DNA of 64,000 bases from Caecitellus pseudoparvulus (GCA_965644315.1 CBFFRQ010000067.1:812486-876485); one strand, 5' to 3'. Shown: positions 36,392 to 49,233, counted from the first letter of the stretch. Made by a program: numbers and translations. The notes: a model not told the origin generated them from the letters alone.

Positions 36392-39300
36392 ATGGCGTCG
36401 GCGGGAGGTGGTGCGGAATTTGGCCGTGCGAGCGGCGTCGAGGCTGAGCTGCGTTCTGCGCTGGAAGAGCGTGGGCGGGAGCTGGAGAAGAAGAACATGA
36501 TCATGTCAAGGGCTAAGGCTGTGATCGAGTCGCTGCAGGTGCGTGTGTGCGCAAGGGCGGGGTCGGGCAGCCTGCGTTTCGCCGCCGTTTCGCGCCCCGA
36601 CCAAAGTGCAAGATGCTGTGCAGCCCACGCTGCACCGCGATGCGCGCCTGCTCCCCTGCACAGGCTGACCTTGCAGCTGCTCGGGCAGATGCGAGGCTCG
36701 TGGCGGCTTCTTCGAGTGACTCGGGGGGGCAGCTGGAGGAAGCGCGTGCCGTCATCGGCGACCTGCGGGGGCAGGTGGCGCTGCTGCGGCAAGATGTGTC
36801 CCTGGCGCAGCAGGGTGAGGGCGCCGCCCGCGCGACGGCACGTGCCCTGGAGGAGCAGTTGTCCCAGGCGCTGCCTGCGGTGCAGCAGCTGGAGGATGCG
36901 CGGACGCGTGTGGCTGAGAGTCAAGCGACGGTGGAGGGGCTCAGTGCCGAGTGCAGTGCGTTACGCGGGCGAAACGGCGAGCTGGTGCAGGAGGTGGGGG
37001 ACCTTACTGGTCAGTTGGAGACCACGCGATCTGAGCTCGCGACGACGCGCAAGGCTGCCGCGGAAGCTGAAGCCTCCCTTGCTGCAGCGCAGTCGGTGAC
37101 GACGATGGAGGCTGAGACGATTTCTGCGTTGCGTGGAGAGTTGAAGAGCGCAGAAGCACGGGCGACGGCTGCGGAGGCGGCGGTGTCTTCGCTGAAAGGC
37201 GACGTCGCTCGTCTGGAGGCTGCGGCGGCGGGGTCGCAGTCGTCCCTCACCGCCGCATCCAGCGCAGCGAAGGAGCAAGCTGCACAGTGGGAGCAGCGGG
37301 AAGCGGCGTTGCTGGCACGGTGCCAGGCGCTTGTTGCGTCAGAGGGAGAAGCCACACAGCGCCTGGCAGCTGCCTCAGCGCGGGAAGCAGGTTTGCAGCG
37401 GCAGGTGGACGAGATGGCAGAGGCGCTGTCGCGCAGCGAGCGGCGTGTGGCTGCTGCGGAGGGGCGTGAGAGTGACTTGGCCAGTGAGCTGGCCATGTGT
37501 CAGAGCCAGGTTAGGGAATTGGAGGCACTGGTGCAGGCAGCAGAGGAGGAGCAGGGTTCGTTGCGTGAACAGACACAGGAGCAGGTGGAGGCGGCGAAGC
37601 GGGCTGCTGCGCGGGAGAGGCGTGCGGCGGAGGAGGCTTTGCGTGCGGAATTTGAGGGGCGCCTGGAGGCGAGTCGCGATCGCGAAGCGGCGCTGGCAGA
37701 GCAGGTGCGGCACTGGCAGGAGCACGTGCGGTCCAAGTTGGCGCCGTTTGTGACGCCTCACGGCGGTGGTGGGCATGGTGGTGCGCTGGAGGATGGCGCC
37801 GTGTCGACACAGCGAGTTGGCTCCACTGGCCCAGGCACGCCGCGGGCTGCGCGGAGCACCGCTGCCTCCCGTGCGCGCAGCGTGGGGAAAAAAACGCCTG
37901 CAGAGTCCAGCAGCACCGCCATGGTAGCGTCTGCAGGCGCTGGCACTTCGGCACCTGCGTTGGCCGAGTCACTGCAGGCGGAAGGCGCTGAGACATTGCG
38001 GGTGTTGCAGCAAGTTCCGCGCGTGCGTGAGTGGTTCACAGCGGCGGCGGACAGCTTGGAGGCGCAGATGCACGTGAAGATGCGGGCGATGGCGGCAGCA
38101 TGCGAGGCTGTCGCGGCGCGGGTGGATGCGGCCACGGCCCAGCTGCCGGGCGCTCTAGCTGCAGTGCACATGAGTCAGGGTGAGCGGCAGCGTGCCGAGT
38201 CACGCGCCGAGCAGGCTGGTGCAGCCAAGGCAGTGCTGGCTGAGCAGCTGGCGTCGACGTCGCAGGCGTTGCAGCTGGCAGAGTTGGAGGCCAGTCGCGC
38301 GAAGGAGGAGCTGGTCGCAGCCACCGACCGACTGGGCGTGCTGGAGGAGAACAACCGCGTGTTGCTGCTGGAAGTGACGGAGAAACGGCAGGTGGCAGGG
38401 GTGTTGCAGGATGCACTGGCTTCCCTGGACGCCGAGCGACGGGCTGTGCTGGGCGCGCTGTCGTCCCTGCGACAGCACGTGCACCGTATGGTGACGACGC
38501 ACGGCAGCTTGATGTCGGGGGGTGGTCGCACGGGACGACCAGGGCGCGGCGCCGCCACCGCCACCGCCGACGCCGCGACGGCGACACAAGACGTCCTGTC
38601 CGCTCTGCACAGCCTGGAGGGCCACTTGGGGCGCCTGCCATCGGCGGAGGATATCACAGGAGCCACTGGCACGACGCCTGGCTACCCAAGTTCCGCAGGC
38701 TCCAAACCCGACGCAGCCACTGCTGCTGCCTATGTCAGTCAGGCAGCCACGCAGCTGGCGGGGCACCTGCCGTCACTCAGCTCGTACGTGGCACAGCTGG
38801 ACCGCCACGTGGCCGAGACGTCGACCATCGTGTCCAGCACGTCGCACGTGACGACGGCACTGCAGAACGCGACCGCCTCCGTGGCCAGCGGCGGCGCGCC
38901 CCCCTCCCTCACCGGTGTGCTGCAGACACAGCAAAGCCTGCAACAAGCCCTCGTCGCCATTGCGACCAGCGTGCAGGCGCTGGCGGGCGACTTCAAGGCC
39001 TCTTTTGAACGCCTGCGGAACACCGTCGCGTTCGCAGCTGCACACGTCAGCGCCGGGAAGGCAGCGGCAGAGGCGGCGCCGTCGGCCCCCAGCACGCCAG
39101 GGGTGCAAGCTGCCCCCACACCCCAGCCTGCACAGACCATGCAGGCAAGTGCTGCGCAATTGCCTGCATGGACGGGCACCCTCCCACCCTCCAGCAGTGG
39201 GCTCGGCAGGGGCACTTACGATGCGAGGTTGCCCCCGGCACCCCCCCTGCACACCCTCGACTTCAGCGGCGGTGGCGGAGCTTCAAGGACAGCCACATCC

Positions 39301-39471
39301 ACGTCCTTCACTCCCCATGCCACGGCTGTGTCAGTGCCTTCAGCAGGCGGCACGTCATCAGCCGCCGCCAGCGCCAAGCTGTCAACTCTTCACGCCAGCA
39401 TGATGGACCGTTTCAAACGCATCGGCTCAGAGTTGCAAGCCAGTGCTGCCCGGGTGGAGCGACTTGGGTGA
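36392..39471 (+). CDS. Long coiled-coil protein of unknown function; exon 1 36392-36538, intron 36539-36663, exon 2 36664-39471
   Basis: Heptad-rich A/E/L/Q/R sequence. A GTGCGT...CCTGCACAG intron joins VIESLQ to ADLAAAR in frame. An alternative ATG lies at 36380. Confidence 0.75.
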
Positions 39472-39564
39472 TGTGCACCTGATGCCATGGAAACGGGGGA
39501 GTGGGCGGTGAAATGCATTGCACACCGTGGTGCGGCGCCTCGCCAGCAGCTTGGAGGTCAGCAA

Positions 39565-42500
39565 TTACCGCAGCGCGGCGGGGGACACAGGGGACGACGG
39601 CAGGGCGCTGGACCTGCGATGCAAATTGAACGACAGGGCAGAAACACTGCCCCTGGCTTTGCGGTGGGGGGCTGTTCCGCCGCGCGGCTTGGGGGAGTAC
39701 TCGTCGGCGAACGAGTCTTCGCTGCGGGTCGCATGCTCCGACATGAGCAGGGAGATGCGGCGGTGGAAGTCCCGGCCTGTGTGGGCCGAGAAGGGCTTGG
39801 CTGTCGTGAGCATGGGGTTGCGGGCGGCTCGTGAGGGGATGTGCCGTGCCGTGCGCCCCGCCGCATTTGCGCTGCGGCGGACGGGGCTCAGGCGGCGTTT
39901 GGGCAGGTGGCCACGTGAGTGACTCAGTGAGGCTGAGCGGGGTATGCCCTCTCGGCTGGGGGAAGCAGGGGCACCTACACCGGTTGCGCTGGCGTGTGCG
40001 AATGCCGATGTCGTGGGTGTGCCTTGGTCGCTTTGCGACCTGCGCACCGCGCTTGGTCGCCGGTTGTGTGTGGGCGGAAAGGCAGAGTCCGAGGAGTCCG
40101 AGGAGTCGGAGTCACTCTGCGCTGCAGCAAGGGCGAGCGGGCTGGACTGACTGTGCTGTGAGGCGGTGGTGGTGGTGGAGGGGGCACTGCCTGTGGCCAG
40201 CAGCGCCAGGTGGGGTGGTCGCATGGGCAGTGGGTCATCCCCCCGCAGGGACTGTGTCGGGGACTGCGACGCGCCGACTGACGAGGCGTCCGTGATGGTG
40301 GAGGTGCCGCCCTTGGCCCCAGCGGGCGCCAGGGCGAGGGTGCGGTGTGACAGGTACAAGTTGCGTTTGTGGGCGCCACGGCGCGAGGAGCCTTCCACTG
40401 AGTCCACACTCACGACGTGTGTGCCGGTGGGGGGCGGTGTCCAAAACGGCGACCCCCGCTGAGGCAGCATGCGAGGCAGCAGCCCCAGCGCCAGCGTGTA
40501 GCCGACAGCCAGCCCCACGACGGCGAACAGTGCGACGATGTACCACGCGAGCGGCACGCCGGGGGTCGCGACTGCGACCACGGCAGTGACGCCTGCCAGG
40601 GCGCAGTCCAAGACGACTCGCGTCGTCAGCACACGGTAAATGCTGGACTGTGGAATGAGCACAGTGGCGGGGAAGGGGGCTTGCCAGCCAAAGGTGTGCC
40701 GCCACGCTTGCCACTGCACGCGACCCGTCCACCACGTCGTGACTCCGGTGGCGAGCAGGACGTCTGCGACGAGGGCAGGGATGATGCCGTACACGTTGCG
40801 CGTGAGCAGGGACAGGACGACGAGGGAGCCGATGCGGGAGGACACTAGTAACGTGCGCATGGACCACGCTACAAAGGTGACAGCGTTGGTGATGCCGTTG
40901 GCACGGATGTCCAGGAACAGGACGTAGAACACAGTCAGGGAGAGGATGCTGAGGCCGATGCTGAGGTACTGCACGCCAGCCACCACTTCGGCTTGCGCGA
41001 GGGAGCTGAGAACAATGAACACTTGCAGCAGCGCCTGGGGAGTGGACTCGAACACCACCTCGGCGAAGCGGTGGTCACGGATGCGGTCTTGGAACAGCGG
41101 CACGCGTGTTCCGAGAGAAACCAAGTCCAGAAAGAACTCCAGCGCAGGCAGTAGCTGCAGGAAAGCGACGGAGGCGATGGTGACCTTCTCGCAGCGCGTG
41201 CCGTCGGGAATGCGGCCCTTGTACGCGACGACGGCGGCCATGACTGCCGTGAAGGAGACACAGGACACGACGAGGGTGAAGAAGATGGGGTTGTTTTGGC
41301 GCACCATCTCCGCCGCCACGAGCACGTCGCTGATGACGTCCACGTAGTTCAGCACGACGGTGAGGAGGAGACTGCCCAGCAGGCCCCACGCTGTCAGGCG
41401 CTGCATGCGGATGAGGCGCCCAGACACCTCCATGTCGCACAGCGACCACGGCGACTCGCCCATGTCGTTCAGCAGGAAGGGGTTGGCGCCGCGGGCCATG
41501 AGCGTGGACACGGCGCCGGCCTCCGCAGCCCGTACCGCCGCGTGCAGGGGCGTGTCGCCATCCACGTCTGCAGCGTGCACGTCTGCGCCATGTGCAGTGA
41601 TGAGCTTGGCGGTCAGGGGCGCCCCTGCCGCCGTGACGACGGCCCAATGCAAGGGCGTGCGACCGCGGGCGTCCCGGGCATTGATGCTGGCTGCGCCGCT
41701 GTGTGCTGACACCAGGTAGGCTACACAGGCGTACCGGCCCTGTGCAGCGGCCAGGTGGACAGGTGTGGCGCCTTGTGGGTCCCGTGCTGACGGGTTGGCG
41801 CCCACTCCCAGCAGGTACGTGAGGGTGTCGAAATTGCCCACCTCCGCGGCGATGTGCAGCGGCGTGCGACCTGCCGCGTCCACGGCGCTGGGGCGCAGGC
41901 CACACGCCGTCACGAGGGTCGGCACGATGGACCAGAAAGACGGCTCTGCAGCTGCCATGTGCAGGAGGGTGGCACCACCCCGAGATGGCGCGGCACCGCC
42001 CCCCCCTCCTCGAGGTAGGGCCTTTGCACCCAGCTGCAGGAGCACTTGCACCGCTTCGACGTGCTTGCCGCTCCAGGCGCGATGCAAGGCCGTACACCGC
42101 TGGGAGTCAGTACTGTTCAATCCAGCGCCCAGGCGGCTGACGAGGTGGTACAGCGTGCGAGCCTGCCCCGCTGAAGCTGCGACGTGCAGTGGCGTGGCGC
42201 CAGCGTCGTCCACCGCGTCGACGAAAGCCTTGCCTTGCCTCACAAGGACCTGCAAGACATCGTTGAAGCCCCGTTCGGCGGCCAGGTGCAGGGCTGTGGC
42301 ACCCGTGTCGGTGTGGGCCAGCGGGTCGGCTTGTGGGAATGCCTCCAGCAGTGCGCGCAGTGCGATCGCCTTGCCGCCAGCAGCGGCAGCCATGAGGGGC
42401 GTCAGGCCGGCCGCGTTGCGGTCCTCGTCAGCCACGAGTTCAGGGTCCAAGGCAGCGCCTAGGGCTGCGATGACTCCGCTGGCCCCCGCCATGGCTGCGA

Positions 42501-42975
42501 CGTGCAGGGCAGTGTTGCCAGCCATGTCCCGCTGCAGCGGCTCCGCGCCAGCGCCCAGTTGCAGCAGCATCTCCACAATGTCTGCGTGGCCCAGCGACGC
42601 TGCCAAGTGCAGCAGCGTGCTACCACCCTCTGGATCTGCAGCTCTGACGGCTGACGGGCTCTCCTGCAGGGCGTGGCGGAGGGCTGCCGGCTCGTTTGCG
42701 GCCACAGCTGCAGCCGCTGTGGCACTCCAATCCCCGCCCTGCTGGAGCATTGTACGGCTCTCAGAGGGCGACGGTGCCTTCTTGGGTGAGGTTTCGGGAA
42801 AGAAACGAGTGGAAAGGGAGCTAAGTAGGCCTTTCTTCCGCCCTGGGCTCCTGCTGGCCCGCGGCGAGCTTGCGTTTGGCGCTGCGGCGTTTTCGGCGGA
42901 GGGTGGCGCCGTGCTTGTAGGCGAGCGAGCGAGCGGCATTTCCGCCGCCTGTGCGGCGCTCTGCGGCACACTCAT
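39565..42975 (-). CDS. Ankyrin-repeat protein fused to an XK-related (XKR-like) transmembrane domain
   Basis: About 12 ankyrin repeats (GxTPLHxAA), then TM helices with YVDVISDV and EVVFESTPQALLQ resembling XK-family motifs, then an S/P/R-rich tail. Start placed at MSVPQS. Confidence 0.75.
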   Translation of the reverse strand: MSVPQSAAQAAEMPLARSPTSTAPPSAENAAAPNASSPRASRSPGRKKGLLSSLSTRFFPETSPKKAPSPSESRTMLQQGGDWSATAAAAVAANEPAALRHALQESPSAVRAADPEGGSTLLHLAASLGHADIVEMLLQLGAGAEPLQRDMAGNTALHVAAMAGASGVIAALGAALDPELVADEDRNAAGLTPLMAAAAGGKAIALRALLEAFPQADPLAHTDTGATALHLAAERGFNDVLQVLVRQGKAFVDAVDDAGATPLHVAASAGQARTLYHLVSRLGAGLNSTDSQRCTALHRAWSGKHVEAVQVLLQLGAKALPRGGGGGAAPSRGGATLLHMAAAEPSFWSIVPTLVTACGLRPSAVDAAGRTPLHIAAEVGNFDTLTYLLGVGANPSARDPQGATPVHLAAAQGRYACVAYLVSAHSGAASINARDARGRTPLHWAVVTAAGAPLTAKLITAHGADVHAADVDGDTPLHAAVRAAEAGAVSTLMARGANPFLLNDMGESPWSLCDMEVSGRLIRMQRLTAWGLLGSLLLTVVLNYVDVISDVLVAAEMVRQNNPIFFTLVVSCVSFTAVMAAVVAYKGRIPDGTRCEKVTIASVAFLQLLPALEFFLDLVSLGTRVPLFQDRIRDHRFAEVVFESTPQALLQVFIVLSSLAQAEVVAGVQYLSIGLSILSLTVFYVLFLDIRANGITNAVTFVAWSMRTLLVSSRIGSLVVLSLLTRNVYGIIPALVADVLLATGVTTWWTGRVQWQAWRHTFGWQAPFPATVLIPQSSIYRVLTTRVVLDCALAGVTAVVAVATPGVPLAWYIVALFAVVGLAVGYTLALGLLPRMLPQRGSPFWTPPPTGTHVVSVDSVEGSSRRGAHKRNLYLSHRTLALAPAGAKGGTSTITDASSVGASQSPTQSLRGDDPLPMRPPHLALLATGSAPSTTTTASQHSQSSPLALAAAQSDSDSSDSSDSAFPPTHNRRPSAVRRSQSDQGTPTTSAFAHASATGVGAPASPSREGIPRSASLSHSRGHLPKRRLSPVRRSANAAGRTARHIPSRAARNPMLTTAKPFSAHTGRDFHRRISLLMSEHATRSEDSFADEYSPKPRGGTAPHRKARGSVSALSFNLHRRSSALPSSPVSPAALR

Positions 42976-43771
42976 TGTGAAGGAGGGCGGGCCTGTCTCG
43001 TTTCCACCTAGGGAAGTGGGGTCCACAGTGCAGGCGCCAGGCAGCGAGGGCGGGGGGCGCTGCTCTGTGCAAGGCGCCACAGCCGTGATTGAGTGTCCTG
43101 TGGGGCAGAAGGCATGGGGCAGTGCAGGACACATGGGGAACAGGGACAGGAAGCGGCGCCGCCACGTGAAGGAATTCAACCCCTTCTCGCGTGGCATTGG
43201 TTCGTTCAGGCCCAAACGTCCCACTGGCAGGCTGGGCGGCGGCGCAGCTGTCACCCTGCGCCGTCGCCGCGACGCAGCTGCAGCCGCACTGCCTCTCCCA
43301 GCCGCCAGGGACACAGTGTGGAAGCAGGGCTTCGAACAAGGCCACCCACCTTGCGCAAAGCAGTGACCTCCTTGCCAGAGGGGGGACCAACGCGGCGGTG
43401 CTGCGGTCACGACTGCCGCGCGGCAGATTCCTCTTGACAGCTGCTCCAGCCAAGTCTGGTGCTGGTGATGGTGGACGGCGGTGGACTTGAACCGTGCGCA
43501 GCGGGGCGAACGAGCAGTGGGTGCAGCGCAACGCGCCGGCAACCGGGAGGTGACTGGGAAGTCCCTATTTGCATTGTGTTTCAGCGGCTTCCTTTGTGGG
43601 AATGAGTGCTCGTGCGAGCGTGCACGCTGCACAGGGGACACTGGCTTGGCCGCGCCGCCACCTCTCCGCAGCGCAGTCAGGGCCGCCACTGGAGGGCGCA
43701 GGCCATGCAGTAGTACCCTCGGACGACACACTCAGGGCGTCGCTCAGTGCAGGGCGCACTGGAGTCTCCCG

Positions 43772-44525
43772 TCAGCCAGAGCGTTTCGGGGGGGGCTGGT
43801 GCGTGCCTGCCGCTTCGCCCGGCGCCTGGCCACGTCGCACGTGCCGACCTTGCCTGCCCCGGCGCTTTCCACCAGCCTGTGGCTTGCTCTGGGGCGGAGG
43901 CGGGGCCTCAATGCCCAGCGCTGCAGCGCATTTGCGCAGCAAGCGCTTCAGCTGCCCGTTGCGCACCTTGCGGCACGCTGTCGCAACGTCCAGCCACGCC
44001 ACATCCTCCGTCTCATCTGACAGGGCGGCAGGGGTGCTGGCAGGGCACGTGCCCGTGAACCAGTGCACTGTCTTGTCATGCACCGCGCCTTCCTTGCGCC
44101 TGTACGTGTAGTGGATGGTGTGCCTCCAATCGGGCAGCAGCGTCACCGCATCGGGCGGCACGCCTGACTCCTCGTGCAGCTCACGGAGGGCAGTGGCGCG
44201 CAGACTCGCGTCGCCTGGCTCGACATGCCCCTTGCAGCAGCCCCACATGTGGGTGAGGTTGCTCTTGATCAGCAGCACGTCCTGCGGGCGGTAGGTGAGG
44301 CGGCGTGGTGACAAGTCGCCGCCAGTCCTGTCGCTGCGTGGCACGCACAGTGCCACGGAACAAGACCACCCCACACGACACGTGGTGATGCACACCCTCC
44401 TCATCGGTCCACCTGCCCAGCGGCATGTCTGCATGGTCCTCTGCGGGAAGCTGGGCCGCGCCTGTGGCGTCCTGGCCCAGGCAAGGTGCGGTAATTGCTT
44501 CGCCGCTCGCCGCCACCGCAGCCAT
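43772..44525 (-). CDS. Nudix hydrolase, NUDT2/Ap4A hydrolase-like; exon 1 44525-44349, intron 44348-44282, exon 2 44281-43772
   Basis: SCGVVLFR, then WGCCKGHVEPGDASLRATALRELHEESG (Nudix box) and KTVHWF. A 67-nt phase-0 GTGCGT...CGCAG intron joins the two frames. Confidence 0.8.
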
Positions 44526-46970
44526 GGCGTAGCGTGGGCGGTGTGGAGTGTGCAACGCACACGCATTGCATTTCAAGTACATGAGTTTGGATACTCCCCG
44601 ACAAAGAATGTGACCAAGGCAGCTGACTGTGGCCGCCCCACACCTTACACGCCTCACGAGCTGCGCGCAGTCATCAGCGGGTTGGGTGTGTCCAGGGCTG
44701 CCACAGTCGGCGCCCGGGGCGGAGCAGCGGGGGCGCGACGAGGAGGGCCCGGAGGTTTGCCTGTCTGGGCGGGGCTGGTCGCCCCGGACTGGCTCTGGCG
44801 ACTCACGCGGCGGGAGGAGCGCTGTCCCAGCAGCCGCTTCACGGAGCTGTTGCGCCCGGATCGACTAGGCAGCATGGCGGCACGCTTGGCATCTGCAGGC
44901 GTCTGCATGACGCTGGCAAGGAGGCTGCTCATGCGCTGCGTCGTGGGGGACGCCCCACTCCCTCCGCGCATGGACCGGCCGGCGAGGCTGGCGCGGGGCG
45001 CCCTGCCGTCCAGACCACCCGGTCGCTTGGCAAGGGAGGGGCCCCGCACTGCGATGGAGGCACGTCGCACGGCGACCTTGACACGGGCCTGCGACTGGTT
45101 CACGGCGCGGTTGAAGCGTTGGGACTGGCGCTTGACAAGGAAGAACAGGCACACAAACAGGAACAGCGCGTTGCACACTGTGAGGAAGACACTGATGGGG
45201 ACGGGGTCGATGGGGGCGGTGGCAGGCTCCTCTGCCGCAGCTTGCAGCAACACACCCCCGCACAGCGTCAGCACTGACAAGTGCAAACTGGCCGCTTCCA
45301 GGTGGTTCAAGCGCCGCAGCACGAAGGGCTGCAGGGAACTGGACAGACCCAGCGCCGCCGTGAGGGTGACGGCGGCGAAGGCCACCTGCGGCAGGAGGCC
45401 AAAGGGTCGCAGAACGATGAGCAGCGTGGCGAGGGCTGCCTTGCGAGCCATGACCACCACTTCATACCCGAAAGCCGTTTTTGTGTACCCAAGGTACGTG
45501 AATCCCAGTGTGGCGACGACCTTGGGGGAGGAAAACAGCTTGGACCGCTGCCAACGCAGGGCGATGTGCAGGGCGAGCGGGAAACCGATCAAGAACAGCA
45601 CGGAAGCCGGAACACCAATGCCCAGACGCCAGTGTGCCGTGGAGGCATCACATGGCGTGTCAGGGTCAGCTGTGAGCACCGAGTGCCCAGCAACCGTCTC
45701 ACACGAGAACAGCTGCGTGGTGGCTCGAATAAGGCCGGTGTAGAGGAGGAACGCCGTCACGAAGAAGAAGAGAAGGAAGCGGCGGCGGGCAGCACGGAAG
45801 TCCATGCGACCGACCACCACCAGCACTGCCAGGACGGTCAGAACGCAGCCCAGGAACGCGAGGGGGAAGGCAAACGTGACGGCGGTTTTGATTTGGAAGG
45901 CGGTCCAATCGCCACGCTCGGCAGACTCCCGCGCACATTCAGGCGACAGCACTGCCGTGCTGGCAGAGGAAGCAATGTCCGAGACAGTCATGAGGGACGC
46001 CAGCGGGTCGGGCCACGCCAGCTGGAACTGCAGCATGAGGGAGGTCTGCTGCAGGTGGTTCAGGAGAATTTTCTGCAGGCCGCCTGCCTCGTACTGCAGG
46101 TCAGTGAGGGTCATGGTGTTCATGTAGAAGCGAGCCAAGAAGCAGATGAGGGCGCTGCCGCCCACCACCACCAACATGAGCACGGCCAGCGCGGCCGCCC
46201 TGCCTGAGGAACACGGCTCACAGCGCTCGCTCGTGCCGGCTCGTCCGTAGCCGAGTGAGCAGCTGGAGCAACGCAGGCCTGTGTGCCCAGTGGCGCACCC
46301 CTCTGCGTGCGTTGAGATGGGGGCACTGGACGGCCCGCCTAGCAAGAATGCCTCCGGGGTGGCAACTGCCATGGACGCGTTCACTGCCTGGCTGTCGTGG
46401 CGGTAGAGCGGCGACATGGCGGTTGGGGTGCAGCGCCAACCGCCGTTGCACTGCTCCCACAAGGCGCCCAACCACGCAGGCACTGGCAGGGGGGCGTGTC
46501 TGAACTCCGGACACGCCTCGGGCAGACTGCAGGGCAAGAAGGCCAGACCAGCCTCCGACCACGGCACACGGTAGAAGCCAGCCGCGTTGCGCATGCCCTC
46601 CCACGGCAAGCCATCACACAGCGCCCCAACAGGGCATGGCTGGCAGAGAACGGCGCTCCACATGGGCGGCTCAGCCAGCAGGTGGTACGTGGTCAGCATG
46701 TCTGACGGCCCACACGTCGGCAGTACGGGGGATGGGTACCATGCAGGCGGTCCGTCCATGCGCCGGTCGCCCAGGGCCGTGCCGGCAGCCACACCGACTG
46801 ACACCGCCCCGGGCAGGCCATGCTCCACGCTGAGTTGCAGGAATGGCCCCGCGGGAATCGCATCTCGAGGGCGCGTACCGCAGGCTGCCGGCAGGGTGGC
46901 CAGCGTCTGCACGCGTGCCTCGACACCTGCGTCACCTTGCAGAGTGAAGGTCGCGCGGCCTTCAGCACTA

Positions 46971-47149
46971 CCGAGGTTGCCGGCACCCCAGCCGGCAACC
47001 ATGTTTCCCGGCAGGAGGGGCGGCGGGCAGTCCCACGCTAGTGGCACAATTGTCCCCCGCCGCCCCAACGCAGAGTAGACGACGGCAGGACCGGGCATGA
47101 CAAAACCAGTCATTAGCCGGCCTCGTCACTCTCTTTCCTTTTTTTTCGA
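46971..47149 (+). repeat. Ngaro repeat A1
   Basis: Matches 52459-52645 except for a shorter pyrimidine tract at the 3' end. Confidence 0.93.
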
Positions 47150-47150
47150 G

Positions 47151-49233
47151 ATGGCATCGGATGATCCAGCTTCCAGCGACACGGAGGGCGGAAGCTGGGA
47201 GGACATCCACGACAAAATGATGTCTGTCAACTCCGCCAAGCAAGCCAAGGCGCTCATAACGGAGCAGGAGTTCGAGTACTGGCTGAAGTGGGCGGATTCT
47301 GAGGATTTTTGGTAAGATGGAGGCCGCTTGGCGCCTCCGGGAGGTGCCCGAGGGATTCCGGGCAGATCGCATGCGATCCCTCATTGCGGGCAGAGCTTTC
47401 CGCCTCCCCGCTGACGGTGCCCCTCATCGCGCAGGCGGCTCACCACGGGGGCACGGCACGAAGCGAACCCGTCCGCGCGGTGCGAGCAGTGGCACGCCCT
47501 ACGGCCCGCACCTACCCCCGCGCCCGACCCAGCCGGACGCAGTCGCAGGCGACCTCCCGCAAGATCCCGCCACAGTGCTTACGTGGTTCCTGCAGAGGGG
47601 AGCGACGGTGCCGAGCGAGGACGTCGCCGTGCAGCTGCAGTTCTACGTGGGCTTGGCAACGGAGGAGACATCGCCGTACGCCCTCTCCGCTTGGCCTCCA
47701 CGGCGCTTCGCCGCATGGTGCAGACTCAACGGTATTCCCCCCGACCTCACCCCCGACGACATCGTGATGCATTTGCAGCGGGTCCTGGAGGCCGCGCTGG
47801 CGGGCGACGACGACTTTGGCGACGACGATGCCGGCGCCCCGTTCTTTCCCGTTTTCCCGGGCACCACACCGGATGCCGCCCGGTTACAGCCCCGTGCGGC
47901 GGCCCCGGGTCACCCCCGGCCTCCAAGAGGCACAGGGCGGCCTATAGCCCGCAGCCCCCCTCCCCCGTGGGGCGGCGGAGCCTCGCCGGCAGTCCACCCC
48001 GAAGGCGGGTCGGCTGTTTTCGGTCACATGGGGGAGAACAGCGGTCGGTCGTCGCCAGCCGACGAGGTACTGGTCACTGTAGGCGCGCTGCGGGTCATTG
48101 GGCCGACCGCACACCCCTCGTCGGCGGTGGCCCGGGACCGCCTGTCAGCCTTGGGGGCAGTTTTCGCTGCGGGGACCACAGACGCCTTGACCACGGTGGC
48201 TGTCGAGATGGCTGAGGCTGCTGCACGAGAGGTGCCCGCAGCAACGGGCCCAGTGCCGTCAGGTACGTTCCTGTCCCGCCAGCTCCCCCCCCACTCGCCC
48301 CGCGTGCCCGCTCCCGGCGACCCGTCCTGGCTCACAGCCCCCGGCGATGAGGTAGCCCCGCCGTCCGCGTCGGTCATGATGGACGACGCTATGGACGTAG
48401 TGACTGCTGTACGCCTGGTGCAAGGGAGGGTGGAAGTTACAGTTGACCCAACCCATCTAGTGGCAGTAACTGGGGCGGGTGCCCTGTCGGCATGCCACAT
48501 GCTGGGCAACCGTGGGGGCGCTTGGTGGCTTGCTGCGATGACCAGGGACTTGCTGACGGCGCCTTCCGACGACCTCCACCGCTCCCTCCGAGCGTTCTGG
48601 TGGAAGTGGGCGTCCGAGGTGCCCGCCCTGGCAGACCAGCGGGGCCTGTGCCGAGCCATGGCGTGCGCACTCCTGATCACAATCGCAGTGCGGGCCGTGG
48701 CGCAGACCGCCGCTGCGTTGCCCGAAGGCCAGCGCAGGCGATGGGCCCAGCTGACGTGGGCCTCCTGGGTGGCCACGTTCCGCACTAACGCCACCATTGT
48801 CATGATGGCGTCGGCGACGGGGCAAGCACTGGTGGCCAGCTCGCTGGCGCGCGAGGCATGGGCGGCCGGGGCCGCCGCCACACCGATGCCAGGTGCGGGG
48901 GGCGGCCCGGCGCAAACCCCCGCTCGTGGCCCTCCCGCGGGGCTGTACCGGCAGGACGACCCGAGCACATTCGTGTGGTGCCCCGGGTGCGTCGGATCCG
49001 ACCGGCGGCGCCGGTCGCTGGCATCCTGCCCACGCCTGGCCCAGCATGTGGCCCACCTGCGCCGGACCCACACAGTCGGAGGTAAGCCCGCAGAACTTAC
49101 CCAGGCGCAGGCAGTGGCCATGCTGGTGCGCCAGTGGGAGCGGAAGGTGGCATCCAAGGGACGTGACTTCCAGCGGCGCATGCAGCCCCGCGCTGTCACC
49201 ACGGCCATGGTGGAGGCAGCTCTCAGCCTCTAG
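47151..49233 (+). CDS. Ngaro ORF1 (putative Gag-like, ~690 aa) with a +1 T frameshift at 47306-47310 in this copy
   Basis: ATG lies immediately after A1. The short copy has T4 and reads EDFGKMEAAW in frame. A C-terminal CPGC...C...H motif is present. The Gag call is positional. Confidence 0.75.

Noticed and set aside
42976-43731. 5' extension of the 1388-aa ORF
   Set aside because: It starts at a non-ATG codon, has non-coding-like composition and abuts the Nudix 3' end; MSVPQS at 42975 is the more plausible start.
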